From an uncultured Chloroflexia bacterium (GTDB lineage Bacteria > Chloroflexota > Limnocylindria > Limnocylindrales > CSP1-4), in assembly GCA_963775225.1 (NCBI GenBank), contig CAVZHW010000006.1, forward strand, positions 88,329-152,328: DNA of 64,000 nucleotides. Reading direction: 5' to 3'. The notes under the pieces were generated by a model. The model was not told the origin of the DNA. It searched no databases and saw only the letters and a program-made list of their open reading frames with translations. Numbering within the stretch: position 1 is the stretch's first letter; each line of letters starts with the position of its first letter. The position numbers were made by a program, and so were the translations under genes. Positions 1 through 9,948 of this stretch are shown here, piece after piece.

Positions 1-157
1 GGCCGTCGCCGACCGAGTAACCGCCATGTTCGAGTTGCCTCCCGTCGCAGCCGGATCGTGTGTGTGCCAATTGTCGCTTCGGCATCTGGCGCACTGTCTT
101 GCCCGGTTAGTCTACGGCCGCAGGAATGGACATGAGCGCAGTCGCACCGGTGCGCGG

Positions 158-1054
158 ATGACGCGTGGCTGGTTGGCAACCGGAATCGTCGCGCTGATCG
201 TGCTGGCGTTCGGCGCCGGCTTCATGGTGGCCGACTTTGCCGGCGGCGCGCCAGCGCCCACCGCCACGCGGACACCAGTCACTTCGACGCGGCCCACGGC
301 GACGCCCAAGGCGACTCCCGCACCATCGTCGACAGCGGGTGCCCCCGACACGTCAGTCGTCGCCTCGGCCGTCGTGGTGCCGATCAAGAGCGCCGAGCTG
401 GCAGTCGGTGTCAGCGGCGTCGTGAGCGACGTCCTGGTCGTACCCGACCAGCAGGTCGGCGCGAACCAGCCACTGCTGCACCTCGACCAGTCGACCTACC
501 TCGCGGCATTAGGCCTCGCCACAGCAGACGTCGATCACGCCCAGGCGGCGGTGAGCAGCGCCCAGCTGGCACTCGATCGACTCGGGTCTAACGCCACGCA
601 GGCAGAGATCGATACTGCCCAGGCACAGCTCTCACTGGCGCAGACCGAGGCCACCCAGGCGATAGCACAGCTGGCCGAGGCGCAGGCGGCCCTCAAGCAG
701 ACCGAGGTGCATGCACCGTTCGCCGGGACCGTCGCATCGGTCGACACCGCCGAGGGCGAGCAGGCGACCGCCGGCCAGCCGGTGGTCACCGTTGCCGACC
801 TGTCGAGCTGGCTGGTAGAGACAACGGACCTTTCCGAGCTGGAGGTGGTGCGCATCGCGGTCGGCGATCGGGCCACGATCACTTTCGGGGCACTCCCCGG
901 TCTGACCCTGAATGGCACGGTTACGCGCATCCAGCTGCGCGGCACGAGCGACCAGGGCGGCGTCCTCTTCGCCGTGCTCATCAAGCCCGACCAGTATCGG
1001 CCCGAGCTGCGCTGGAACATGAGCGCGATGGTGCACATCCTGCCCGGCAGCTGA
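158..1054 (+). CDS. HlyD/MFP-family efflux periplasmic adaptor subunit
   Basis: N-terminal TM helix, Pro/Thr linker, lipoyl-like halves (GVSGVVSDVLV; APFAGTVASVD) flanking an Ala/Gln coiled coil, beta-barrel with ETTDLSE. Start moved from 26 to ATG 158. Confidence 0.85.
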   Translation: MTRGWLATGIVALIVLAFGAGFMVADFAGGAPAPTATRTPVTSTRPTATPKATPAPSSTAGAPDTSVVASAVVVPIKSAELAVGVSGVVSDVLVVPDQQVGANQPLLHLDQSTYLAALGLATADVDHAQAAVSSAQLALDRLGSNATQAEIDTAQAQLSLAQTEATQAIAQLAEAQAALKQTEVHAPFAGTVASVDTAEGEQATAGQPVVTVADLSSWLVETTDLSELEVVRIAVGDRATITFGALPGLTLNGTVTRIQLRGTSDQGGVLFAVLIKPDQYRPELRWNMSAMVHILPGS

Positions 1055-1064
1055 GCAAGACGAA

Positions 1065-1094
1065 GCGGCGCCCGCCGTTGCCGGCGGGCGCCGC
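1065..1094. terminator. GC hairpin between convergent genes
   Basis: Perfect 13-bp stem GCGGCGCCCGCCG-ttgc-CGGCGGGCGCCGC between the convergent ORFs ending at 1054 and 1118. Confidence 0.6.
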
Positions 1095-1117
1095 GAGCGT
1101 CAGATCGCAGAATGGCG

Positions 1118-1882
1118 TCAGCCGATGGTGTAGACCACCGACACGTTGATGGTCACCTGGCTGTTGCCCGGGATTACTGGCGTGGGCGGCTGGGCGGGCG
1201 CCACAACACCGCTGCTGGCGTCGGCGTAGACCGGCCAGGGCATCGTGTAGGACGTCTCATTGATGGACGAGACGCCGGTGATCGTGACTCCGGCGGCACT
1301 CGCCAGTTCGTCGGCGCGTGCCCGCGCGTCCTTGACCGCGGCTGCTCGAGCCTGACTCTGTGCTGAGGTCGGGTCGGACAGCTCGAAGGTGATGCCGTTG
1401 ACGGTCGTCGCGCCGGCGTTGATCGAGTTGTCGACCACGTCGCCGAGCTTGTCCAGGTCATGGACGCGTACCAGCAGGATGTTGTCGACCTGGTAGCCGG
1501 TCACGTGTTGACCATTGCCGCTGTAGTCCCAGGTGGGGCTGATGTTGAGATAGGAGGTCTCGATGTCGGCGTCGCCAATGCCCAGCTGGTGCAGCGCGGC
1601 GATGACCGCGTTCATCGCCGTGGCGGCATCCGAGCGCGCCTCGCTCAGCTTGGTGCGCGAGATGTCGACGCCCAGACTGACCTCGGCCAGGTCCGGCTTG
1701 ATGAAGACAGTGCCAACGCCTTGCACCGAGATCGTGTGCTCCGGCGGATAGAGGCCAGGCAGGTTCGTCGGGACCGTGTCCGAGGCCAGCGCAGGCGAAA
1801 TGAGCATGCCCATGACCACGCTGATCAGACCGGCGAGCAGCGGTCGGGCGGTCCGGCCGGGACCGGGAATCGTGATTGTCAT
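1118..1882 (-). CDS. SIMPL (DUF541) domain exported protein
   Basis: Signal peptide, then ISVQGVGTVFIKPD...GYQVDN...AGATTVNGITF...ARARADELA...V.V.Y.I, typical of SIMPL. GGAG RBS before ATG 1882. Confidence 0.9.
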   Translation of the reverse strand: MTITIPGPGRTARPLLAGLISVVMGMLISPALASDTVPTNLPGLYPPEHTISVQGVGTVFIKPDLAEVSLGVDISRTKLSEARSDAATAMNAVIAALHQLGIGDADIETSYLNISPTWDYSGNGQHVTGYQVDNILLVRVHDLDKLGDVVDNSINAGATTVNGITFELSDPTSAQSQARAAAVKDARARADELASAAGVTITGVSSINETSYTMPWPVYADASSGVVAPAQPPTPVIPGNSQVTINVSVVYTIG

Positions 1883-2089
1883 CGCGCATCTCCTAGGGGT
1901 GGCTTGCCGTCCGGCAGGTGACGCGATGCGCGCGGCCCATGTTCCACAGCCGCAGCCGGCGAGCGAATTGGGCCGTTCGGCCCATGCCCTCAGACCCAAT
2001 GGCCGTGGGGCCTGCGAGTGCGCTTGATGACACTCAAGGGTGGTTGAGGGGGCCGTGCGGGCGGCCCGATCCAGGGAAGGAGGCAGCAG

Positions 2090-2395
2090 ATGGTCTTCGA
2101 GTTCGACATGGGCGTGTGGGGCGCCCTGACCCTGCTGGTTGGCGGGATCGTTCTCGGCGTGATCGTGCAGTTGATCGGCGAGAACAGGTTCGGCTACGAG
2201 TGGGTCGTGACCGCCATTGGCGCGATCGTCGGCGGCGTGGTCGCCAGCGAGTTCATCGTCGGCTGGCAGACCGTCGATCCGGTGTTCGACGGTCTCGCGC
2301 TCGTCCCGGCGCTCATCGGCGGCCTGGTGGTCGGCATCGTCGTCGGGGCAGTCGTACGCTTCGTCGAGCTGAACTACACGACAACCGCGTCCTGA
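2090..2395 (+). CDS. small Gly-rich membrane protein (GlsB/YeaQ/YmgE-like)
   Basis: AGGAGG RBS; three GxxxG-rich hydrophobic helices; followed by a terminator. Confidence 0.7.
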   Translation: MVFEFDMGVWGALTLLVGGIVLGVIVQLIGENRFGYEWVVTAIGAIVGGVVASEFIVGWQTVDPVFDGLALVPALIGGLVVGIVVGAVVRFVELNYTTTAS

Positions 2396-2415
2396 CACTC
2401 CCGTCAGCACGCATC

Positions 2416-2456
2416 GACCGGCCCGCCGCCAAGGCGACGGGCCGGTCTTCTTTGTT
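2416..2456 (+). terminator. intrinsic terminator
   Basis: GACCGGCCCG...CGGGCCGGTC stem followed by TTCTTTGTT. Confidence 0.7.
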
Positions 2457-2466
2457 CGAAGCTCGT

Positions 2467-3381
2467 TCAGTCGAACCGCGCTGCGAGGTAGCCAACCGTC
2501 CGGCCGCGCGAACCGCCGGCATCGGCCGAGGTGGCCGATGCCAGAACGGTCCCCGCGCGCGCACCCATCTCCCGCAGAGCAGCCAGGCCGAGCACGGCCG
2601 GCTCGATGCCGCACATGCCACACACCAGGCCCTCGATGCCGCCCCTGGAGACCTCGTCCTCACGCGCTGCCAGGGCTGCCGCGTCGAGCGCGACGATGGC
2701 CGGGGCAATAGCATCGGTTACCTGCTGACAGGCAGTGGCAGACGGGTAGTGCGCCATGTCGGTGCTGACTGCCAGCACCAGCGGGACGCCGGCGGCCGAC
2801 TGGCCAGTGAGCAGCGCGCCCAGCCGCCGTCCGGCGTCAAGCGCCACGCGCGCGCGTCCGGCCGACACCGCCAGGGGCACGATGCGCACTCGGGGTGCCA
2901 CGGCCAGCAGCAACGGCAACTGAACCTCGATCGAGTGCTCGAGCAGGTGTGCCGTACGGTCGACGACAAACGGCGGCCCCAGCGCCACTATCGAGGAGGC
3001 CAGCTCCTCGTCCACGGACACCTCGCCCGTCGGTAACTGCCAGGCCCCCGCCTCCCAGGCACCGACACCCTGCAGCCAGCCCGCCGAATGGTTGGTGCCC
3101 AGCAGCACGACCGTGGAAACCGGTCCGGCTTCCGACAGAAGCGACCAGCCAGCGGCTGCTGTGACGCCCGAGTACAGCAAACCGGCGTGGGGCACCATCA
3201 GGCCGAGTGGTGCCGCCGGCCGCGCAGCCCCTGGCGGCGCACCGGCCGTCTGCGCTCGTGCGGCGGCAAGAAGGTCGGCGACCATCGACTCCAGCGCGCC
3301 CGGCGACTCCGGGTAGAAGGCGCCGGCAACAGCAGGCGGGCGCACCTTGCCAACCATCGGCGGACCGTCCACGAGTCTCAT
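2467..3381 (-). CDS. amrB: AmmeMemoRadiSam system protein B (MEMO1 family)
   Basis: RPPAVAGAFYP, PHAGLLYSG, EHSIEVQLP, STDMAHY, MCG and VGY motifs; ATGA overlap with the upstream radical SAM gene. Confidence 0.92.
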   Translation of the reverse strand: MRLVDGPPMVGKVRPPAVAGAFYPESPGALESMVADLLAAARAQTAGAPPGAARPAAPLGLMVPHAGLLYSGVTAAAGWSLLSEAGPVSTVVLLGTNHSAGWLQGVGAWEAGAWQLPTGEVSVDEELASSIVALGPPFVVDRTAHLLEHSIEVQLPLLLAVAPRVRIVPLAVSAGRARVALDAGRRLGALLTGQSAAGVPLVLAVSTDMAHYPSATACQQVTDAIAPAIVALDAAALAAREDEVSRGGIEGLVCGMCGIEPAVLGLAALREMGARAGTVLASATSADAGGSRGRTVGYLAARFD

Positions 3382-4424
3382 CGCAGTCCCACCCCTTCGA
3401 GTCGACGCCCGCAACGCGGACACGCACCGTCATCGTTCAGGAGCGATCGAGCGCGATAGCCGGAGCGTTCGATCAGCAACGCTCCGCAGGCGGCACAGCG
3501 CGTGTCCTCGAGGCCCAGATCAGGCGCGTTGCCGACGTACACGTAATGAAGGCCCGCAGCGCTGCCGATCGCGGCGGCGCGCAGTAGTGTCGACGGCGGC
3601 GTGGGGGGCACGTCGTACATCTGATGGGCCGGGAAGAAGCGGCTGATGTGCCAGGGCGTGGCCGGACCCAACGCGTCGACGATCCAGCCGGCGATCGACT
3701 CCAGCTCCGCATCCGAGTCGTTCCAGCCGGGAATTACCAGCGTGGTCAGCTCGAGCCAGATGCCGGCCTTGTGCATGTTCATGATCGCGTCCAGCACGGG
3801 CGCCAGCCGCGCTCCGCACAAGCGCCGGTAGAACCGGTCTTCGAACGACTTCAGGTCGACGTTGGCAGCGTCGAGCACCTGCGCCAGAAGGTCGGTGGCC
3901 TCCGGCGTCGCGTAGCCGTCGCTGATGAACAGGTTGCGCAGCCCGGCGGCGCGCGCCAGGCGGCCCGTGTCGAGGGCATATTCGAGGAAGATCGTCGGCT
4001 CGACGTAGGTGTAGGCGATCGAGCGCGCGTTCATCTCCAGAGCGTCGGCCACCACCTGCGCCGGCGGCAGCGGGCGCTCGACGACGGGCAGACCCAGGCG
4101 CGGCGCCTGGGCGATGTCCCAGTTCTGGCAGAAGCGGCAATGGAACGGACATCCGGCCGTGGCAATCGAGAACGAGCGCGAGCCGGGGTCGACATGGAAG
4201 AGCGGCTTCTTCTCGATGGGATCCAGGCCAACGGCCGCCACCTGACCGTAGGCGCTGCAGATGAGCGTGCCGTCGCGGTTGTGGCGCACGCCGCAGATGC
4301 CGCTGCGGCCGGGCCGGACGAGGCAGCGATGGGCGCACACGCCGCAGCGCACGCTGCCGTCGGGCTGTGGCTCGGCGAGCAGCGACGGGACCTCCGTGAT
4401 CGCCGGTGCGGTGCTGACTGCCAT
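3378..4424 (-). CDS. amrS: AmmeMemoRadiSam system radical SAM enzyme
   Basis: CGVCAHRC...G.CGVR, DPIEKKPLFH, GCPFHCRFCQNW (CxxxCxxC), YVYVGN and C-terminal CxxC...CxxC. Confidence 0.93.
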   Translation of the reverse strand: MAVSTAPAITEVPSLLAEPQPDGSVRCGVCAHRCLVRPGRSGICGVRHNRDGTLICSAYGQVAAVGLDPIEKKPLFHVDPGSRSFSIATAGCPFHCRFCQNWDIAQAPRLGLPVVERPLPPAQVVADALEMNARSIAYTYVEPTIFLEYALDTGRLARAAGLRNLFISDGYATPEATDLLAQVLDAANVDLKSFEDRFYRRLCGARLAPVLDAIMNMHKAGIWLELTTLVIPGWNDSDAELESIAGWIVDALGPATPWHISRFFPAHQMYDVPPTPPSTLLRAAAIGSAAGLHYVYVGNAPDLGLEDTRCAACGALLIERSGYRARSLLNDDGACPRCGRRLEGVGLR

Positions 4425-4560
4425 GGCGCCTGGGGCGAATCTGCGCTCGGCGCCTGACAGCCGGATAGTGCCGAGCGGTCCCTCTTTGGGGACGAATTGC
4501 CCTGCCCTCGCGCAGTCCATTCCGCCGACGATGGCAGTTGCCCAGAATAAGGGAGGTTGC

Positions 4561-5247
4561 GTGTTGCGCTCGGTGGCGATCCCGCCCGCAGAGACGTCAG
4601 CTGCCGGCGAGCCGGCGCACCTGACGGAAGCCGACCGGCGCGAGCTGTTGCGCATTGCGCGGGTCGCCCTGGCGGTGGCAAGCGAGTCGCGTCCCGCCGG
4701 GGTGCTGTTCGCTGTTGTGAACGCGGCGCTACGCACTCACCTCGGCGACGTGCGTGCGGCGGTATTCGTCACCCTGTTCGAGCAGAGTGAGCTGCGCGGC
4801 TGCATGGGCGCCCTCGAACCGCTGCGTGCCCTGCCCCAGGCGGTCGCCGACGCCTGCCTGCTGGCCGCGCTCGACGATCCCCAATTCTGGCCGGTCCGGG
4901 CGAGCGAGCTGCCCGACATTGACCTGGAGATCTCCGTGCTCGGCCCGATGCAGCCGGCGAGCCAGCCCGAGCAGATACGACTGGGAACCGATGGTGTGGT
5001 GGTCGAGGCGCCCGGGCGGCGTGCGCTGCTGCTGCCCCAGGTTGCCCCCGAGCAGGGCTGGGACGCGCCCCAGCTGTGGCAGGGAGTCTGCCGCAAGGCT
5101 GGTCTCGACGATGACGCCTGGCGCGCGCCCGGCGCGCGCTTGTCGACATTCCAGGCGGTCCGTTTCGGCGGGCCGGCGGCCCCTCCGAACGGAGGTCAGG
5201 AAGGCGGCAGCTCGGTCGCCTCGAAAGCATTGCGAATGATCCGGTAG
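4561..5247 (+). CDS. amrA: AmmeMemoRadiSam system protein A (AMMECR1 family)
   Basis: VFVTL...LRGCMG, DPQF.PV...EL, EISVL, LLPQVA, C.KAGL motifs; AGGGAGG RBS before GTG 4561. Confidence 0.9.
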   Translation: MLRSVAIPPAETSAAGEPAHLTEADRRELLRIARVALAVASESRPAGVLFAVVNAALRTHLGDVRAAVFVTLFEQSELRGCMGALEPLRALPQAVADACLLAALDDPQFWPVRASELPDIDLEISVLGPMQPASQPEQIRLGTDGVVVEAPGRRALLLPQVAPEQGWDAPQLWQGVCRKAGLDDDAWRAPGARLSTFQAVRFGGPAAPPNGGQEGGSSVASKALRMIR

Positions 5248-5444
5248 CAGCCACACGTGACGTCCTCGAGCGCCACCGGATCGACGATGCGCACCGCGCC
5301 ACGGCGGTGCTCGATCATGCCCGCCTGCTCGAGCTCGTTGAGCGCGAGGGTCATCTTTGGTCGCGATGCGTCGAGCAGACCCGCGAGCAGTTCGTGGGTA
5401 CGCGAGAACTTATTCAGCTCGACGCGGTCGTCGACGGCGGCCAT
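5196..5444 (-). pseudogene. Crp/Fnr-type C-terminal HTH fragment
   Basis: THELLAGLLDASRPKMTLALNELEQAGMIEHRRGAVRIVD...CGCY is a Crp HTH tail; no cNMP-binding domain upstream in frame. Confidence 0.65.
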
Positions 5445-5585
5445 CGCGACCGGGCCGTGGTCCCCCGGATCGGCGGCGCGAACCGGTGGCTCGCCATCCG
5501 GGTCCGTGGCGAGCTGCGCCGAGCGGCCGATGCACCTGCAGTTGTGTCACTCGTCAGCGTTCCCGGCCCCCACGCCCTCGCTCGG

Positions 5586-6014
5586 TCAGCGGCCGGGCAG
5601 GATCTCGAGGAACTCGGCGGGCGTCATGGCGGGGATGATCGCCCGAAGTTCGAGAAGGTGTGCGTCGCCAGTCACGAGCGCGTCGGCCCGGGCGTCGCGC
5701 GCGAGGTCGATGAGATACTCGTCGTCGGGATCAGGGCTGATCGGCTCCGGTGACGGCCCGGGATCGGCGCGCACGACGCCCTCGCTCCGGATGAGCTCAA
5801 CGTAGGCGTCGGCTTCGGCTTCCGACACGTAGCGGCGGAACTTGTCGCGCCGCAGAACCTCGCGCAGCTCGGCAAGCAGGAGCGGCGACACGATGAGTTC
5901 GAAGGCACCCGAGCGGAGCTCGAGCACGAGCCGGGCACTGCCGCCGCCCGGGCTGATCAGCGCCGAGACGAGGACGTTGGTGTCAAGAACCGCGCGCGCC
6001 ACGGTGCTGCGCAC
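5586..6014 (-). CDS. PIN-domain toxin (VapC-like)
   Basis: RAVLDTNVLVSAL...LLAEL...DPDDEYLIDLA...LVTGDAHLL...MTPAEF; start could instead be GTG near 6002. Confidence 0.88.
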   Translation of the reverse strand: MRSTVARAVLDTNVLVSALISPGGGSARLVLELRSGAFELIVSPLLLAELREVLRRDKFRRYVSEAEADAYVELIRSEGVVRADPGPSPEPISPDPDDEYLIDLARDARADALVTGDAHLLELRAIIPAMTPAEFLEILPGR

Positions 6015-6234
6015 GCACCGCGTGCGTCTCCTCCACCGCGAGCCGCATCGCCTCGTCCTCGCTCAGGTCGCTGCGAGCCCATACGCTCGCGACCACCTCG
6101 AAACCGAGGTAGGCGCGCAGGGCCGCCTCTACGACCTCGGAGTCGCGCTTGTCGGTCCGGGCGGCGCGAACGCGGGCGGCGCGCAGGACGTCCTCGTCCA
6201 CGTAGAGGGTGACCTTCCGCTTGATCCCAGCCAT
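5983..6234 (-). CDS. ribbon-helix-helix antitoxin
   Basis: KRKVTLYVDEDVLRAARVRAA...SEVVEAALRAYL RHH pattern; overlaps the PIN gene; TATGCT -10 box 6 nt before ATG. Confidence 0.8.
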   Translation of the reverse strand: MAGIKRKVTLYVDEDVLRAARVRAARTDKRDSEVVEAALRAYLGFEVVASVWARSDLSEDEAMRLAVEETHAVRAQHRGARGS

Positions 6235-6284
6235 GTGCACAGCATAGCGTTCTTGCGTCATGCCAGCAAGGCGCGTCCAGACAC

Positions 6285-6562
6285 TTGCCGTCGGATGGGA
6301 TGCGGCCTTCGGAGCCGGAGACGGCTGATGACCCCAAGCCCACTGAGGCCATCCCGGCCGATGTCGCGGTCCGCTACATCCGGGAGCTGCCGGAGACCTG
6401 GCGAAAGGCCGACGGCGGCCCCGGTCGCCAGCTGCTCGCGAGCGTGCTGTTCAGCCGCATCGAGGTCCTGGGGATCCGGGAGGCGACCGTCCACCTCAGC
6501 GCCCACGCCGTGCGACACGGCCTTGCGGCGGCGATACCGGCGGAGCTGGGAATACTCGTAAA
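6285..6562 (+). pseudogene. probable C-terminal remnant of a recombinase reading into the tRNA 3' end
   Basis: [12 protein letters not shown]...[16 protein letters not shown] resembles large serine recombinase tails; the frame runs antisense into tRNA-Pro (GRGERI); no catalytic N-terminus. Confidence 0.5.
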
Positions 6563-6639
<77 letters not shown>

Positions 6640-6919
6640 ATGGCGGCAAGTCTACCAGCGGTGGTAGCTCAGACAGCCTTCGCCTGATCGCGGAATGAGA
6701 GTGGGTGGCGGGGAGGCAGCCGGCGCCTGCCTCGACGCCGGCGGCTCGTGGGTCGGTCGCGCCGTGAGCTACACGCCCCGACGGAGCGAGGCTGGAACGG
6801 CAATCGTTGGGAAATGGCAAGTCCCAGACTCATCAGGGGCCACGGCGCCACTTCTACGCGTTCTCACCTGGTTCTTCGGCTGCCTACCCGGCCGTGGGTT
6901 TGTACGGCGACACGGTACG

Positions 6920-7202
6920 CCCGCTCCGCCGGCAAACGCCAGAGGGACTCGCGTCTGGGGCAACAGCGAGCAGGTACCGGCACGCGTGCAGTGCGATGCG
7001 GCTGGCGGCGGCAGTGTGTGGTGCAACGTTGCTTACAGAGGTGTTGCGGCTGGGCCACGGCACGGATGGGTCGCTAACGGGCGACCACACAGGCTTAGAC
7101 TCCCCGCCAGCGTCATGACGGACAACGGCCGATGGGTGGGTGTTATGCGCCGGACAAGACTCTGGGTTCGAGCGTTCGCTCTGGCATTTACGGGGCAGTG
7201 GG
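6920..7202. repeat. long imperfect inverted-repeat intergenic element
   Basis: CCCGCTCCGCCGGCAAACGCCAGAGGGAC (from 6920) versus the reverse complement of 7174-7202, CCCACTGCCCCGTAAATGCCAGAGCGAAC. Confidence 0.45.
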
Positions 7203-7327
7203 TCCCTGGTCGGGCCCCGAGAAAGACGCCGTTACCGCGCTGATCACGATGGCCTACGCGGCGGGCGGGCGGATCGTCGCGGCTCAAACGGGACGCTGAC
7301 CGCAGCCGTCGCCCTGCCAGCGGCCGG

Positions 7328-8392
7328 CTAGGCCGTGCGCTCGGCGTTGGCGAACGTGCGCCGCGCCCAATCCTCGACGCCAGCCAGCTCGTCCTTCTGT
7401 TCGCGCGAGAGCAGGTCGATCAGGCAGCGCTGCACGCTCTTGCCCTCGAACAGCGAGTTGTGGACCTCCTGGGCGATGGGCATTTCGACACCCAGCCGGC
7501 CCGCCAGAGCCAGCGCGGAAGTGACCGTGTACGCGCCTTCGGCAACCCCCGGCAAGGTGCCCTCGATTTCCGGCCAATGGCGGCCGCGCGCGAGTTCAAC
7601 GCCGAGCGCGTGGTTGCGCGAGAGCGGCGAATAGCAGGTGGTGACCACGTCGCCGAGGCCGGCCAGGCCGGCGAAGGTCAGCGGATTGGCGCCGGCGGCG
7701 ATGCCCAGGCGCGTCATCTCGGCCAGGCCGCGGGTGATGATGCCGGCCTTGCCGTTGTCGCCGAAACCCAGCTGCTCAGCAGCGCCGGCCGCGATGGCGA
7801 CGATGTTCTTGAGCGCCCCGCACAGCTCCACACCGGTCACGTCGCGATTGCGGTACAGGCGGAACGAGCGCGCGCCGAGCATCTCCGAAGCAGCCATGCT
7901 GACCTTCTCATCCTCCGCGGCGATGACCGAGCTGGCGGGCAGGCCCTGCGCGATCTCGAGCGCCAGGTTGGGGCCGGACATCGCCGCGATGCGCCCACGA
8001 GCATCGGGCAGCACGTCGGCGAGGACCTCGGTCATGCGCAGCAGCGACTCGTGTTCGATGCCTTTGGCGACCGACAGCAGCACCGCGCCGGCGTGCACGC
8101 GACCGCGCACGCGCTCGGCCGAGGCGCGCATGGCAGCCGACGGCACGGCGAAGACGAGCAGCTCATCGGCCGCGGCCAGCGCCTCGACATCCGCGGTGAC
8201 CTCGACCTCGACCGGCAAACGCAGGCCTGGCAGATGGCGCCGGTTCTCGCGGTCGGTCACCAACTGGCGTGCCTGCTCGGCATCGCGGGCCAGGAGCACC
8301 GTCGGCCCGTGCTTGGCCAGGTGCAGCGCGAGGGTCGTTCCCCACGCGCCGGCACCGATCACGGCGCGTCGTGCATGTCGCTCCATAGGCAT
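7328..8392 (-). CDS. gpsA: NAD(P)H-dependent glycerol-3-phosphate dehydrogenase
   Basis: GAGAWGT, AKGIE, SGPNLA, GALKN, GLAGLGDVVTTC, SRN and VAEG motifs. Confidence 0.95.
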   Translation of the reverse strand: MPMERHARRAVIGAGAWGTTLALHLAKHGPTVLLARDAEQARQLVTDRENRRHLPGLRLPVEVEVTADVEALAAADELLVFAVPSAAMRASAERVRGRVHAGAVLLSVAKGIEHESLLRMTEVLADVLPDARGRIAAMSGPNLALEIAQGLPASSVIAAEDEKVSMAASEMLGARSFRLYRNRDVTGVELCGALKNIVAIAAGAAEQLGFGDNGKAGIITRGLAEMTRLGIAAGANPLTFAGLAGLGDVVTTCYSPLSRNHALGVELARGRHWPEIEGTLPGVAEGAYTVTSALALAGRLGVEMPIAQEVHNSLFEGKSVQRCLIDLLSREQKDELAGVEDWARRTFANAERTA

Positions 8393-8399
8393 ACCGGCC

Positions 8400-9947
8400 C
8401 TAGTGTCGCGCCAGCGCGCCGGCGCGCCGTTTGCCACTCTTGCCCGCAGGCGCGCGGCCACGCGTCGCACGCTCGCGCTGTTCGCGCGCGCGCTCGCGCA
8501 GCACCAGCCGGACTGGAGTGCCGCCAAAGCCGAACGTCTCGCGCAATCTGTTTTCCAGGTACCGCCGATAGCTGAAGTGGACCAGCTGCGCCTCGTTGGC
8601 GAAGAGCACGAAGGTCGGCGGCTCGATGGCCACCTGCGTGGCGTACATGAAGCGCGGCTGGCGCCCGCGAACGGTTTGCACCGGCCGACGCGCAGTCACG
8701 TCGCGCAGCCAGGCGTTGAGCGCGGCGGTCGGTATGCGCCGGCGGCGCTCGGCGGCGATCTCGAGTGCCGCCTCGAGGACGCGACCGACGCGCTGGCCGG
8801 TCTTGGCGCTGATGGCCAGGATCGGCGCGAAGACCAGGAACGGTGCCTGCTGTCGGAGTCGCGCCGCGTATTCGTCGAAGGTTCCGGCGTCCTTCTCGAT
8901 GAGGTCCCACTTGTTGATCGCCAGCACCACGCCGCTCCCCTCCTCCAGCGCATAGCCCGCGACGTGTTCGTCCTGCGCCGTCAGCCCCTCGACGGCGTCG
9001 AGCACCAGCACGGCCACGTCGGCGCGTGAGACTGCCTTGAGCGCGCGCAGCGTGGCAAAACGTTCCGCGTCGGGGCCGGAAGCAACCCTCCCCCGCCGGC
9101 GGATGCCCGCCGTGTCGACCAGCCGCACGATGCGGCCCGCCCACTCGAACGAGGTGTCGATCGCGTCGCGCGTCGTACCCGGCACGTCACTGACGATTGC
9201 CCGTTGCTCGCCCAGCAGCGCATTGAGCAGCGAGCTCTTGCCCACGTTCGGCCGGCCGATGATCGCCACGCGCGCCGGCCGCTCGTCCATGGCGAACGCC
9301 GCCTCCTCGACCTGTGCCGCCGGGATGCCCTCCTCCGCCGCGCGCTCCACCTCAATCTCGAGCCGTTTGCGCTCCAGCTCGGCGGCCGACTCGGGCGGGA
9401 GTGCCCAGACGACCACATCGAGCAGGTCCGCCACGCCGCGCCCATGCAGGGCACTGATGGGGTGGATCTCCGCCCAGCCGAGGATGTGGAACTCGGCCGC
9501 CTCGAGTTCGCGCCGCGGGTTGTCGGACTTGTTGGCGGCGATGAGGACCGGGGCGCGTGCGGTGCGCAGCAGGTCGCTGGCCTCCCTATCGGCCGGCGTC
9601 AGGCCAGCCTCGGCGTCGACGACAAAAACGATCACGTCCGCCTCGCTGATGGCCAGGCGGGCCTGCTCCTGGACGCGCTCCTCGATCTCGTCGCCTGGCC
9701 GCGCCTCCAGCCCACCGGTGTCGACCACGATGAAGCGGCGACCGTTCCACTCGCCGATGTCGTACAGCCGGTCGCGCGTCGTCCGGGCGCGGTCCTCGAC
9801 GATGGCCACCCGGTCGCCCACGACCCGGTTGAAGAGCGTGCTCTTGCCCACGTTCGGCCGCCCCACGAAGGCGACGATCGGCAGCCCGCTGCGCGGCGCC
9901 TCGTCCGCTACCCGGCTCGAGGTGCGCCGCCCGCGCCGCGGCGACAC
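8400..9947 (-). CDS. der: ribosome biogenesis GTPase Der (EngA)
   Basis: Two GRPNVGKS G-domains, DTGG/DTAG, NKSD/NKWD, KH-like tail [16 protein letters not shown]. Confidence 0.96.
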   Translation of the reverse strand: MSPRRGRRTSSRVADEAPRSGLPIVAFVGRPNVGKSTLFNRVVGDRVAIVEDRARTTRDRLYDIGEWNGRRFIVVDTGGLEARPGDEIEERVQEQARLAISEADVIVFVVDAEAGLTPADREASDLLRTARAPVLIAANKSDNPRRELEAAEFHILGWAEIHPISALHGRGVADLLDVVVWALPPESAAELERKRLEIEVERAAEEGIPAAQVEEAAFAMDERPARVAIIGRPNVGKSSLLNALLGEQRAIVSDVPGTTRDAIDTSFEWAGRIVRLVDTAGIRRRGRVASGPDAERFATLRALKAVSRADVAVLVLDAVEGLTAQDEHVAGYALEEGSGVVLAINKWDLIEKDAGTFDEYAARLRQQAPFLVFAPILAISAKTGQRVGRVLEAALEIAAERRRRIPTAALNAWLRDVTARRPVQTVRGRQPRFMYATQVAIEPPTFVLFANEAQLVHFSYRRYLENRLRETFGFGGTPVRLVLRERAREQRERATRGRAPAGKSGKRRAGALARH

Positions 9948-9948
9948 G

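Noticed and set aside
6695-7243. 182-aa ORF with an SH3b-like WCNVAYRG...GWV stretch
   Set aside because: No signal peptide or convincing RBS, atypical codon pattern, and it overlaps an inverted-repeat element; probably chance.
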